Origin: Patescibacteria group bacterium | GTDB lineage: Bacteria > Patescibacteriota > Patescibacteriia > Patescibacteriales > UBA12465 | Reading direction: 5' to 3' | DNA: 64,000 bases | NCBI GenBank assembly: GCA_041664445.1 | Contig: JBAYKT010000001.1 | Coordinates: 29,890-93,889 of the forward strand | Shown: positions 9,929 through 19,317 of the stretch, piece after piece | Layout of the letters: the number at the start of each line of letters is the position of its first letter | Numbering within the stretch: position 1 is the stretch's first letter | Position numbers and translations under genes: made by a program | The notes under the pieces: model-generated | Told to the model about the DNA's origin: nothing | Seen by the model: the letters and a program-made list of their open reading frames with translations, nothing else | Database searches by the model: none

Positions 9929-10641
9929 TATTGATTATTTAAAACTTCTTGATAACTTTTTAAAAGGTCGGCATCCGTAATTGCATCCAGCATAGTTTTA
10001 TCGGCACCATTGTCTAATAAAATTTGTCGTAGCGTCGGAGCATCAACTTGCCCAGCGAGCGCATTTTTTAAATCAGTTTCGCTGGTACTGGAAGAAACAC
10101 TAATCGTTCCCAAACCACCAGAAGAATAATCGGTGCTGCTGGCATTACTAATTGCTGAATCAGTCCCGGTAGCCACTTCAATCGCAAAATTATTACCACC
10201 GATACAATCCTGGCCAAGAGGACAATTGGGATCAGTTCCGTTTTTAGTTTCCAGACTATCTGTTAAACCGTCGCTATCCGAATCTTCTAAATAAGGTGAA
10301 GTTTGATAAACATTAAACTCATCATAATCCGACAAGCCATCGCTATCAGTATCTTTATTGGCGGTATCCACGGCGTCATCGGCTGTTGCTAATCCACTAA
10401 TATCGACTTGGAAAGGACTGATAACTCGATTCCTAAATTGCAAAGCGCCAAAAAATAAAATTACTACCCCTAATCCTAGCAAAAGAACCACGGCCGTTTT
10501 TTGCGGGCGCGGCATGTTCTTAAAACTAAAATCGGAAGAGTTGTTGTCTGAAAAATTAGACCCGGGCATAAATGAAATCTCAGCACTCTTAAAGAGCGAC
10601 TGATTGATTTTATTATACCATAAACGCGCTAAGCTCCGCAA
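9928..10641 (-). CDS. Single-pass membrane protein with thrombospondin-type-3-like acidic (Ca-binding) repeats
   Basis: TM helix TAVVLLLGLGVVILFFGAL, then DTDSDGLSDYDEF...EDSDSDGLTDSLETKNGTDPNCP (DxDxDG repeats). Its stop overlaps the giant-gene ATG by 1 nt (TAATG). The ORF overlaps rsmA by 29 nt, so the true start may be the internal Met at 10569 or 10515. Confidence 0.75.
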   Translation of the reverse strand: MRSLARLWYNKINQSLFKSAEISFMPGSNFSDNNSSDFSFKNMPRPQKTAVVLLLGLGVVILFFGALQFRNRVISPFQVDISGLATADDAVDTANKDTDSDGLSDYDEFNVYQTSPYLEDSDSDGLTDSLETKNGTDPNCPLGQDCIGGNNFAIEVATGTDSAISNASSTDYSSGGLGTISVSSSTSETDLKNALAGQVDAPTLRQILLDNGADKTMLDAITDADLLKSYQEVLNNQ

Positions 10642-11452
10642 ATAATTTATGCCAATCAGCGAGACTTAAATCTTCCGCGCGTACTTTAATATCCAGACCA
10701 ATTTTATTTAAAGTATTAATAATTATTTCCGGCTTGATTTTTAGGCCGCCAACTAGATTATTTTTCAACATTTTGCGCTTAGCGCTGAAACCAGCCTTAG
10801 CCATTCTAAAAAATAATTTATCAATCTCGGCGTTATGCAATTCGGGACGCACCACAATTTTAATGATAGCGCTTTCCACTTTCGGTTCCGGCCAAAAATT
10901 ACCGGCCGGGACGTTTTTAATAATAGCGGCGTCGGCATAATACTGAATCGAGAGCGCCAATAAGCTCATATCCGGAGCGGTCGCGACAATTCTTTCGGCC
11001 ACTTCCTTCTGGAGCATCAGTACTAATAGTTCCGGGCGACAAGCACCGGACAAAACCATCCTTAAAAAAATAGAAGTAATGTTATAAGGCAAATTGGCGA
11101 CTATTTTATAATTTCCGGAAAATTCCGCCGGTAAATTGAACTTTAAAATATCTAAATTTACAACTTTAACTTTTTCTTCATCGCTAGCTCCAAAACCAAT
11201 TTTCAAATAATTAGCCAATTCATCATCAAGCTCCACGGCCACGACGCGAGCTGCTTCTTTTTTAAGTTTAACCGTTAAAAACCCTAAACCGGGTCCGACT
11301 TCCAGAACTTCGTCGGTCTTTTTTAAGTCGGCCGCCTTAATAATATCATTATAAATTTTTTCATTAATCAGAAAATTCTGCCCCTTGGAACGCTTAGGAT
11401 TAATGCCGATTAAGCGACAAATTTCTCGAGTTTTAGATAATAAATCTTCCAT
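10613..11452 (-). CDS. rsmA: 16S rRNA (adenine1518/1519-N6)-dimethyltransferase RsmA/KsgA
   Basis: 279 aa with KRSKGQNFLINEKI, the SAM motif VLEVGPGLGFLT and NLPYNITS, all diagnostic of KsgA. Confidence 0.93.
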   Translation of the reverse strand: MEDLLSKTREICRLIGINPKRSKGQNFLINEKIYNDIIKAADLKKTDEVLEVGPGLGFLTVKLKKEAARVVAVELDDELANYLKIGFGASDEEKVKVVNLDILKFNLPAEFSGNYKIVANLPYNITSIFLRMVLSGACRPELLVLMLQKEVAERIVATAPDMSLLALSIQYYADAAIIKNVPAGNFWPEPKVESAIIKIVVRPELHNAEIDKLFFRMAKAGFSAKRKMLKNNLVGGLKIKPEIIINTLNKIGLDIKVRAEDLSLADWHKLFAELSAFMV

Positions 11453-11460
11453 TTAGCTGA

Positions 11461-13887
11461 TTATTTAATCACAATATTAAGCAATTTTCCGGCCACAAAT
11501 ATTTTTTTAATAATTTCTTTATCCGCTATCCATTTCTGAACATTTTCTTGAGTATTAGCTAAGGCAAAGGCCTCTTCCTCGGAAATTCCCGAAGCTACTT
11601 CCAGGGAAGCTCTTAATTTGCCATTAACCTGAATGATTAAATTAAAAGTTTCGTCCTTTATTTTTGACTCTTCATATTGAGGCCAAAGACTGATAAAAAT
11701 ACTATTCTTTTGAGCCAGCTTTTCCCAAATTTCTTCAGTTAAATGCGGCGCAAACGGCGACAAAACCTGAATAAACCTTAGGAAGTCCGCCTGAGAAAAT
11801 GGTAAAGCATTATTTTTAGTTTTATAATCACTAATTTCATTAACTAAAATCATCATCGCCGAAACTGCGGTGTTCAGTCGGAAAGATTCAATATCTTCAG
11901 TTACTTTCTTAATCGTTTTATGAAGCAAGGAAATTATTTTAGCATCTACTTGATAATTATTAACTTCCGCTAGACTTAAAACCTTTTCCAGGAATTTTCG
12001 CGCGCCAACAACACCATTAGTGTTCCAATTACAAGCTTGCTCAAAGGGGCCCATAAACATTTCATAAACCCGCAAGGCATCGGCCCCGGATTTTTTAACC
12101 ATATCGTCAGGATTAATGACATTTCCCCAACGCTTGCTCATCTTGCGGCCGTCTTCGCCCATAATCAAGCCGACATGTTTTAATTTAGTGAATGGTTCTT
12201 CGTAAGCAACTGCCCCAATATCAAACAGGAACTTATGCCAAAAACGCGCATAAATCAAATGACGAGTCGCATGTTCAGCGCCGCCGACGTAAAAATCAAC
12301 CGGTGACCAATATTTTTCCAGTTTTTTATCAACTAAAGCCTCAGAATTTTTAGGATCAATATAGCGCAAATAATACCAGCAAGAGCCGGCCCATTGGGGC
12401 ATGGTGTTGGTTTCACGCTTGGCAGCTCCGCCACATTTTGGACAAGCAACATTAACCCAATCGGAAATCGCCGCTAAAGGTGATTCCCCTGTCCCCGTGG
12501 GTTCGTAGCTCTCGACATCCGGGAGACGTAAAGGTAATTCTGACTCCGGAATACCGACAACGCCGCATTGAGCACAATGAATCAGTGGGATTGGTTCCCC
12601 CCAATATCGTTGACGTGAAAAAACCCAATCTTTAATCCGATAATTTATTTTACCAATTCCCAATTTATTATCTTCCAGCCAAGAAATCATTTTTTTTCTG
12701 GCTGCGGCTGATTTTAAACCGCTAAACTCGGCGGAATGAAACAAAGTCCCATCATCAGTAAAAGCCGCTTTGCCTTCAAACGGAATTTCGCCATCCATAG
12801 AAATTACCGATTTAATTCTCAGCCCGTATTTCTTGGCAAATTCATAATCTCTTTCATCGTGCGCGGGCACGGCCATTACTGCTCCGGTGCCGTAAGAATT
12901 TAAAACATAATCAGCAATAAAAACCTCTACCTCTTCCCCGGTAAAGGGATTAACGGCCTTAATTCCTTTTAATTTCACACCGGTTTTTTCTTTGCTGGCG
13001 CTAGTTCTCTCTATTTCAGAAACTTTATCCAAAGATTCAATATATTCCGCCGCTTCCGACCAATTGTCTATTTTCGTTTTTAATTTTTGCACCAATTGAT
13101 TTTCCGGAGCCAGAACTAAATAAGTGCAGCCATAAATCGTATCTATCCGTGTGGTAAAAACGGTGACTGCTTCCTCGGTGCCGGCAATTTTAAAAATTGC
13201 TTCTGCTCCTTCACTCTTACCAATCCAATTTCTTTGCATTTCCTTAATTGATTCTTCCCAATCTGGCAACTTCTCTAAATCATTAAGCAAGCGCTCGGCA
13301 TAATCGGTAATTTTTAAAACCCATTGTCGAATCGGCTTTTGTTCCACTTCAGAGCCACAACGTTCGCATTTCCCATCTTCCAAGTCTTCATTAGCTAAAC
13401 CGGTTTTACAAGACGGGCACCAATTTATTGGTTCGTTAGATTCAAAAGCCAAGCCCTTTTCCCACATCTTCAAAAAAGTCCATTGTGTCCATTTATAATA
13501 ATCAGGGTCGGTCGTATTTACTTCCCGCGACCAATCATAAGAAAAGCCTAAAATCTCTAACTGGCTTTTGAAACGAGCAACACTTTCCGCGACGGAAACT
13601 TTAGGATTAACTTTATTTTTAAGAGCATAGTTTTCCGCCGGCAAACCGAAGGCATCAAAGCCCATCGGATGTAAAACATTATAGCCCTGCATACGCCGCA
13701 TTCTGGCAAAAATATCGGTGGCAATATAACCCTTAGGATGACCGACGTGAAGACCGGCACCAGAAGGATACGGGAACATGTCTAAAATATAATATTTAGG
13801 CTTGCTGGCATCATTGCCGGTTAAATAAAGATTATCCGCTTGCCAGCGTGACTGCCATTTTTTTTCAATTTCGGCGTGATTATACAT
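11461..13887 (-). CDS. leuS: Leucine--tRNA ligase
   Basis: PYPSGAGLHVGHPKGY (HIGH-type) and KMSKRWGNV (KMSKS) motifs plus a CP1 editing region. Start moved to the internal Met (MYNHAEIEKKWQ..., ATG 13887..13885), which removes the 50-nt overlap with xth. Confidence 0.95.
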   Translation of the reverse strand: MYNHAEIEKKWQSRWQADNLYLTGNDASKPKYYILDMFPYPSGAGLHVGHPKGYIATDIFARMRRMQGYNVLHPMGFDAFGLPAENYALKNKVNPKVSVAESVARFKSQLEILGFSYDWSREVNTTDPDYYKWTQWTFLKMWEKGLAFESNEPINWCPSCKTGLANEDLEDGKCERCGSEVEQKPIRQWVLKITDYAERLLNDLEKLPDWEESIKEMQRNWIGKSEGAEAIFKIAGTEEAVTVFTTRIDTIYGCTYLVLAPENQLVQKLKTKIDNWSEAAEYIESLDKVSEIERTSASKEKTGVKLKGIKAVNPFTGEEVEVFIADYVLNSYGTGAVMAVPAHDERDYEFAKKYGLRIKSVISMDGEIPFEGKAAFTDDGTLFHSAEFSGLKSAAARKKMISWLEDNKLGIGKINYRIKDWVFSRQRYWGEPIPLIHCAQCGVVGIPESELPLRLPDVESYEPTGTGESPLAAISDWVNVACPKCGGAAKRETNTMPQWAGSCWYYLRYIDPKNSEALVDKKLEKYWSPVDFYVGGAEHATRHLIYARFWHKFLFDIGAVAYEEPFTKLKHVGLIMGEDGRKMSKRWGNVINPDDMVKKSGADALRVYEMFMGPFEQACNWNTNGVVGARKFLEKVLSLAEVNNYQVDAKIISLLHKTIKKVTEDIESFRLNTAVSAMMILVNEISDYKTKNNALPFSQADFLRFIQVLSPFAPHLTEEIWEKLAQKNSIFISLWPQYEESKIKDETFNLIIQVNGKLRASLEVASGISEEEAFALANTQENVQKWIADKEIIKKIFVAGKLLNIVIK

Positions 13888-13894
13888 ATAAGTA

Positions 13895-14662
13895 TTAGTT
13901 AATTTCCAGCCCAACCGGAGCATGGTCGGAACCGGTCTGTTCATCTAAAATATAGGCTTTTTTTAGGTGTTTTTTAAGTTTATCGGATACACAGAAATAG
14001 TCAATCCGCCAGCCGACATTACGCGCCCGGGCACCGGCGCGAAAACTCCACCAAGAATATTGGATTTGATTGCCATTTAGGGCGCGATAAGTATCAACAA
14101 AACCGGCCGCTAAGAATTTATCCATGGAATCACGTTCTTCGGGGGTAAAACCGGGGCTACCAACGTTCTCTTTGGGTCGCGCCAAATCAATTTCTTGATG
14201 AGCGACATTAAAATCACCGGTAATTACTACTGGCTTCTTCTTTTCCAATTTTTTAGCATAATTAAGCAAGGCTTCATTAAACTCAATTTTATAGTCTAAA
14301 CGGCTAAGTTCTTGATTAGAATTGGGGAAATAAACGTTTAATAAATAGAAATCTTTAATTTCTAAGGTTTGCACTCGGCCTTCAATATCAAATTTTTCAA
14401 TTCCCAGACCATTTTTAATATCCAAAAAAATCGCCGTGCCACTTTTAATTAAAATGGCTGTGCCACTATATCCCGGGCGCTTGGCACTGTTCCAATATTC
14501 TTCATAACCAGCAAAATCAAATTCTGTTTGCTCTCTCGCAATATCGGAAATTTTTATCTCTTGTAAACACAAAATGTCCGGTTTTTGTTTCTTGATGAAA
14601 TCTAAAAAACCCTTCTTCGCCACCGCTCTTATTCCATTAACATTCCAAGAGATTATTTTCAT
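13895..14662 (-). CDS. xth: Exodeoxyribonuclease III (AP endonuclease)
   Basis: 255 aa with MKIISWNVNGIRA, LCLQEIK, GDFNVAH and SDHAPV, the hallmarks of the EEP-fold Xth family. Confidence 0.93.
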   Translation of the reverse strand: MKIISWNVNGIRAVAKKGFLDFIKKQKPDILCLQEIKISDIAREQTEFDFAGYEEYWNSAKRPGYSGTAILIKSGTAIFLDIKNGLGIEKFDIEGRVQTLEIKDFYLLNVYFPNSNQELSRLDYKIEFNEALLNYAKKLEKKKPVVITGDFNVAHQEIDLARPKENVGSPGFTPEERDSMDKFLAAGFVDTYRALNGNQIQYSWWSFRAGARARNVGWRIDYFCVSDKLKKHLKKAYILDEQTGSDHAPVGLEIN

Positions 14663-14668
14663 AAATTA

Positions 14669-14677
14669 TGTTATAAT
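14669..14677 (+). promoter_or_regulatory. Extended -10 promoter element (TGTTATAAT) for the dsbA-like/por operon
   Basis: TG-n-TATAAT at 14669..14677, about 47 nt upstream of ATG 14724, in the divergent region shared with the xth start. No good -35 element was seen. Confidence 0.4.
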
Positions 14678-14723
14678 AACAGCATACTGGAAACTAGATA
14701 TTTTTTCAATTTGCCAAAAAAAT

Positions 14724-15476
14724 ATGAGCTTAGAAGAAAGAGTCCAATACGCGGCCATGAAGGCGCGCCATGTAAAAAAATTACGCCCTTGGTATCTTAA
14801 ATGGTGGGGGATAATTTTATTAACCATTGCTTCCCTGATTTTAATTTTTGTGATTGCTTCCGGGATTTATGTCGTCAAGCAAGTTCAAGTCATAAATAGC
14901 GGGGCTACTGGACCCAGCGCCGAAGAACAAATGCAAACTTATTTAACCGCCATTAACGGCGAAAGTGATAACTCTTGGGGGCCGAGCAATGCTAAGGTAA
15001 CGATTGTAGAATTTGCCGATTTTGCTTGCCCTTACTGCGAACAATCATACCCGGCCATAAAAAATATCCAAGCAAACTATAGCGGTCAAGTGCGCATCAT
15101 TTATCGCGATTACCCTTTACATGACAATTCAATTTTTCTAGCCTTATCAGCACGTTGCGCCGGTGAACAAGGAAAATTTTGGCAAATGCATGATGTCTTT
15201 TTTGAGAATCAAGATAAATTTAACCTGACTCAAGAAGAATTAGCTGTTAATATTCCGGCCTTGGCCGAGACTTTAGGATTAAATCCCGACCAATTTAAGA
15301 CTTGTCTTGATAGTCAAAAATATTTCCCTCAGATAAAACAAGATTACGATGATGGAACTTATCTGCAAATTCAAGGGACTCCCACCTGGTTTATTAATAA
15401 TAAAATGTTTACCGGGGCTATGGACAAAGAAGGGCTGCAAACAATAGTCGACGGCTTGGTCAATATAATAAAGTAA
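14724..15476 (+). CDS. Membrane-anchored DsbA-family thiol:disulfide oxidoreductase
   Basis: TM anchor WWGIILLTIASLILIFVIASGIYVV followed by a thioredoxin fold with the active site FADFACPYCEQ (CxxC) and GTPTWFIN (cis-Pro region). Start set at ATG 14724, because the longer track ORF overlaps xth. Confidence 0.85.
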   Translation: MSLEERVQYAAMKARHVKKLRPWYLKWWGIILLTIASLILIFVIASGIYVVKQVQVINSGATGPSAEEQMQTYLTAINGESDNSWGPSNAKVTIVEFADFACPYCEQSYPAIKNIQANYSGQVRIIYRDYPLHDNSIFLALSARCAGEQGKFWQMHDVFFENQDKFNLTQEELAVNIPALAETLGLNPDQFKTCLDSQKYFPQIKQDYDDGTYLQIQGTPTWFINNKMFTGAMDKEGLQTIVDGLVNIIK

Positions 15477-15478
15477 AT

Positions 15479-16018
15479 ATGGAACAAATAAGAATACATG
15501 GCCGTGGCGGGCAAGGAGTGGTAACTGCCGCCGAATTAATCGCGCTGGCCGCTTTTAGTATTGGTAAATATGCTCAAGCCTTTCCTAATTTTGGCGTGGA
15601 AAGAAGCGGTGCGCCGATTCAATCCTACGCGCGAATATCAGAAGAAGCAATTATTACTCGCGAGCAAGTATACAATCCAAATATTCTAATTATTCAAGAT
15701 GCTAGCTTGCTAGAAAATAAGGATATTCTGAAAGGAACGGATAAAAATACTTTATTTATCATTAATGCCCCTGACAATTACCAAGCGCCGATTAAATTAC
15801 CGTCTAAAAAAGTATTTTATTCACCGGCAACGGAAATCGCTTTAAAGATATTCGGTAAAAATATTGTGAATACAGTTATTCTAGGTTCCTTCGCTAAACA
15901 TTCCGGGCTAATAACTTTGGAATCGCTCAAACACGCGGTAACGGAAAAATTTGCCGAAAAAGGCGAAGCTATAATCAAAAAAAATATCCAAGCAATTGAA
16001 GTTGCTTTTAACGACTAG
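15479..16018 (+). CDS. porG: Pyruvate/2-oxoacid:ferredoxin oxidoreductase, gamma subunit
   Basis: 179 aa starting IRIHGRGGQGVVTAAELIA, typical of POR/KOR gamma. Begins 2 nt after the dsbA-like stop. Confidence 0.9.
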   Translation: MEQIRIHGRGGQGVVTAAELIALAAFSIGKYAQAFPNFGVERSGAPIQSYARISEEAIITREQVYNPNILIIQDASLLENKDILKGTDKNTLFIINAPDNYQAPIKLPSKKVFYSPATEIALKIFGKNIVNTVILGSFAKHSGLITLESLKHAVTEKFAEKGEAIIKKNIQAIEVAFND

Positions 16019-16019
16019 T

Positions 16020-16277
16020 ATGAAAAAACTGACTATCAAGGCCAATACTTCCCTCGCCAATAAAACCGGGGCTTGGCGTACCCACAAACCAATAACCGAC
16101 AATCTAAAATGTATCGGTTGTTCTTTGTGCGCCAAATTATGCCCAGAAAATTGCATTGAGATGAAACCAATAGAAAATAAACCCAAGCCGCTAACTGATT
16201 ATGATTATTGCAAAGGCTGCGGCTTATGCGCGCATGAATGCCCGGTCAAAGCGATATCCATGAAAGAAGATTATTAA
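16020..16277 (+). CDS. porD: Pyruvate:ferredoxin oxidoreductase, delta subunit (2x[4Fe-4S] ferredoxin)
   Basis: CIGCSLCAKLCP and CKGCGLCAHECP cluster motifs. Start taken at ATG 16020, directly after the porG TAG. Confidence 0.9.
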   Translation: MKKLTIKANTSLANKTGAWRTHKPITDNLKCIGCSLCAKLCPENCIEMKPIENKPKPLTDYDYCKGCGLCAHECPVKAISMKEDY

Positions 16278-16284
16278 AAATAAC

Positions 16285-17454
16285 ATGAAAGCTAAAAATA
16301 ACAATCAACATCAAGGTAAAGAAATTTTGGAAGGCTCGCGCGCCATTGCCTTAACGGTTAATAATATCGGACCGGAAGTCGTTTCCGCTTATCCGATAAC
16401 GCCGCAAACTCATATCGTTGAAGACTTGGCTAAATTTAAAGCCAACGGCCAGGCGGGATTTGAATATGTACGCGCCGAGAGCGAATTTGCTGCTGCCTCA
16501 ATTGTTCTTGGGGCGAGTGCCGCCGGAGCGCGCGTTTATAGTGCTACTAGTTCCCAGGGCTTATTGCTCATGGCCGAAGTCTTATACAACATTTCCGGCA
16601 TGCGCTTACCAATAGTAATGACTTGCGCTAACCGCGCCATCTCTTCGCCTATTAATATTTGGAATGATCATAGCGACGCGATGGCTGTCGCTGGTAGCGG
16701 CTGGCTCCAATTTTTCGCTGAAAATCATCAAGAAGCCGTTTACCAGCATTTACTCGCTTATAAGGTTGCAGAAAAAATGAATTTGCCTGCCCTAATTAAT
16801 GTTGACGGTTTTATTTTAACGCATTCTTATGAACCAGTAGCCATCCCCAATAAAAGTTTAATTAAAAAATATTTACCGGCTCGAAAACTGGAAGCGGGGA
16901 CTTTTTTAGACACTAACAATCCGGTAACTATGGGCGGCTTTTTCTCACCTAATGATTATTTAGATACCCGAAAGGATATTTGCCAAGACTTTGATTCCAG
17001 TTTGGCAATTATTAAAAAAGAATATCTTAATTTGAAAAAAGTATTTAAGTTCAAAGATAATGGCAACGGATTACTTGAGTATTCCGGCGCCAAAAAACCA
17101 AAAATAATTTTAATCTGCATGGGCTCACTCGCGGGAACCATTAAAGAAGCACTAAAAAAATATTCTGATGTCGGCTTATTAAAAATAACCACCTTCCGCC
17201 CCTTCCCAGCTGAAGAAATAAAAAAGGCGATTGGCCATTGCGTGAATGTAGCCGTTATTGAAAAAGCGATTAACCCCGGAAGCGGCGGTCCTTTATATTT
17301 AGAAACAAAAGCGGCTATTTTCGAGTTAGGAAAAATAAACATCCAAAATTATATTGCCGGTCTAGGCGGACATGACATCAGCGAAAAAATGATAGCTAAA
17401 ATTATTAAAGAAATGCGCGGCCGAGCAACAAACAAAATAAAATTTGTTAATTAA
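16285..17454 (+). CDS. porA: Pyruvate:ferredoxin oxidoreductase, alpha subunit
   Basis: 389 aa with LEGSRAIALTV...SAYPITPQTHIVE and the correct size and position for PorA. Confidence 0.9.
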   Translation: MKAKNNNQHQGKEILEGSRAIALTVNNIGPEVVSAYPITPQTHIVEDLAKFKANGQAGFEYVRAESEFAAASIVLGASAAGARVYSATSSQGLLLMAEVLYNISGMRLPIVMTCANRAISSPINIWNDHSDAMAVAGSGWLQFFAENHQEAVYQHLLAYKVAEKMNLPALINVDGFILTHSYEPVAIPNKSLIKKYLPARKLEAGTFLDTNNPVTMGGFFSPNDYLDTRKDICQDFDSSLAIIKKEYLNLKKVFKFKDNGNGLLEYSGAKKPKIILICMGSLAGTIKEALKKYSDVGLLKITTFRPFPAEEIKKAIGHCVNVAVIEKAINPGSGGPLYLETKAAIFELGKINIQNYIAGLGGHDISEKMIAKIIKEMRGRATNKIKFVN

Positions 17455-17455
17455 T

Positions 17456-18430
17456 ATGAAAATTAAACTGCCAAAATTAGTAATTAATTTAAGTTTTGGA
17501 CTATTAGTCTGTTTTTCCTTATTGTTTCTGCCGGCCAGCTTAGCCCTCGCGGCCGATGCAATAAAATTCACGCCGCAAATTCCCATCCCTGGCATGGGTT
17601 CGGGAGCAATTGATGTCGGTACGACCGTGGATGGAAAAATGACCAGTGATTTATTGGCTAGATATATTAAAGCAATGTATGACTACGGCTTAAAGGCCGC
17701 TGGAATTTTAGCAGCCGTTATTTTAATGGGTGGTGGTTTAATCTGGCTTACTTCTGCTGGCAATGAATCAAAAATTGGCCAAGCCAAGGAAATGATTGTG
17801 GGCGCCATCAGCGGTTTAGTAATTTTATTTAGTGCTTGGTTAATTTTGAATACAGTTAATCCGGCACTTTTAAGTTTGACGCCAGTGAGTTTAACAAAGT
17901 TAACGGTCAATGCTGATTATTTAATAACTGATTTAAAAAATGCTCCAGCGGATATGAAATATGGTTGGATATGTATGAATAGCACTGATCAGCGATGCGA
18001 AGACAACATTCCTCCTTCTTTAAATTTAGATGCAAGTATTTGTCGCACAGGGACGCCTTCAAATTCAGAGCCAACAGATTGCCCATATAATCAAAAAAAA
18101 TGCTGTGGTCAAAGTAATATAGTTACTCAAACCGCTGATAATTTTTGCAAAGATGAGGATGACTACACTCCTTGCGTCTTAAATTCAACAGCGGTAAACA
18201 AGGGTTACTGTTACCAAGAAAAATGTATTAACACTAAAGTTTGCTGTCAATGTGGACAAGGCGAAGTTGCCGGTGTTTATGTTTATGTAACTTGTAAAAA
18301 TGACATTTTACCAGCCGAATGTGCAAGCTGGTGTATAAATGGCTGGGTTGGTTCCTCTTATAAAATGTATGTTCCAAATTCGTCTTATTCTTGTGCTGGC
18401 GGGGCAATGAGCTATTGCCGACAACAATAA
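17456..18430 (+). CDS. Exported protein: signal peptide + T4SS-pilin-like (VirB2/TrbC-like) two-helix hairpin + Cys-rich C-terminal domain
   Basis: Signal peptide LVCFSLLFLPASLALAADA. The hairpin is GLKAAGILAAVILMGGGLIWLTSAGNESKIGQAKEMIVGAISGLVILFSAWLIL. About 18 Cys fall in the last ~165 aa, including CC pairs. The start is 1 nt after the porA stop, and the stop is 4 nt before the porB start. Confidence 0.8.
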   Translation: MKIKLPKLVINLSFGLLVCFSLLFLPASLALAADAIKFTPQIPIPGMGSGAIDVGTTVDGKMTSDLLARYIKAMYDYGLKAAGILAAVILMGGGLIWLTSAGNESKIGQAKEMIVGAISGLVILFSAWLILNTVNPALLSLTPVSLTKLTVNADYLITDLKNAPADMKYGWICMNSTDQRCEDNIPPSLNLDASICRTGTPSNSEPTDCPYNQKKCCGQSNIVTQTADNFCKDEDDYTPCVLNSTAVNKGYCYQEKCINTKVCCQCGQGEVAGVYVYVTCKNDILPAECASWCINGWVGSSYKMYVPNSSYSCAGGAMSYCRQQ

Positions 18431-18434
18431 AATT

Positions 18435-19316
18435 ATGCAAAAAAATAAAACTCAAGAATATAAAAAACTTGCTCCTGGCCACAATGCTTGTTCTGGTTGC
18501 GGGCAATTATCAGCAGTTCACGCGGTCATGCGCGGTTTAACTAAAGATACAATTATTGCCAATGCCACCGGCTGTTTAGAAGTGACCACGACCGCTTACC
18601 CACAAACTTCTTGGGGTCTGCCTTGGATTCATTCTTTATTTGAAAATGCATCTTCAGTCGCCTCAGGAATCCAAGCGGCTTTAAAAAATCGCGGCGATAA
18701 TCAGACTAAAGTATTGGTTCAAGCGGGCGACGGTGGCACTTTTGATATCGGCCTGGGTCTCGTCAGCGGCATGTGGGAACGGGGTGAAAACATTCTTTAT
18801 ATTTGTTACGACACGGAATCATATTCTAACACTGGCATCCAAGCTTCCGGCTCCACGCCTTATGGCGCCTCAACTACGACCACCCCAAGTGGCGCCCAAT
18901 CTATCGGCTCCAATCAAGTAAAAAAAGACATGCTAGCAATCGCGCTGGCACATGGCTTAAAATACGTTGCCCAATCAGCCGCCGGCTTTCCGGATGATAT
19001 TACCAATAAAGTTAAAAAAGCCTTGGCGACTCCCGGACCTTCTTATATTCAAATTCTCAGCCCCTGTGTTCCAGGTTGGGGTATTGGTTATGATGAAGCA
19101 GCTATGATGGGTAAATTAGCGGTTAAAACTGGCCTGTATCCTTTATTAGAATATACTAACGGCAAACTAAGTGCCTCCAGTGTCAACGCTAATTTTAAAG
19201 CCGAGTCGGTTAACAGCTATCTAAAAACTCAAAGCCGTTTTAAACATTTAGGCGAAGCGGAGATTAATCATATTCAGATGTTGGCCATGGATAATATTAA
19301 AAAATATCAAATTTAA
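18435..19316 (+). CDS. porB: Pyruvate:ferredoxin oxidoreductase, beta subunit (TPP-binding)
   Basis: NACSGCGQL cluster Cys motif and the TPP motif QAGDGGTFDIGLG; 293 aa. Confidence 0.9.
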   Translation: MQKNKTQEYKKLAPGHNACSGCGQLSAVHAVMRGLTKDTIIANATGCLEVTTTAYPQTSWGLPWIHSLFENASSVASGIQAALKNRGDNQTKVLVQAGDGGTFDIGLGLVSGMWERGENILYICYDTESYSNTGIQASGSTPYGASTTTTPSGAQSIGSNQVKKDMLAIALAHGLKYVAQSAAGFPDDITNKVKKALATPGPSYIQILSPCVPGWGIGYDEAAMMGKLAVKTGLYPLLEYTNGKLSASSVNANFKAESVNSYLKTQSRFKHLGEAEINHIQMLAMDNIKKYQI

Positions 19317-19317
19317 T

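Noticed and set aside
15908-17595. Minus-strand ORFs 15908-16186, 16956-17342 and 17362-17595, and plus-strand ORF 16418-16615, overlapping the por genes.
   Set aside because: They are embedded in confidently identified porG/porD/porA coding sequence and have no recognisable motifs. They are shadow ORFs.
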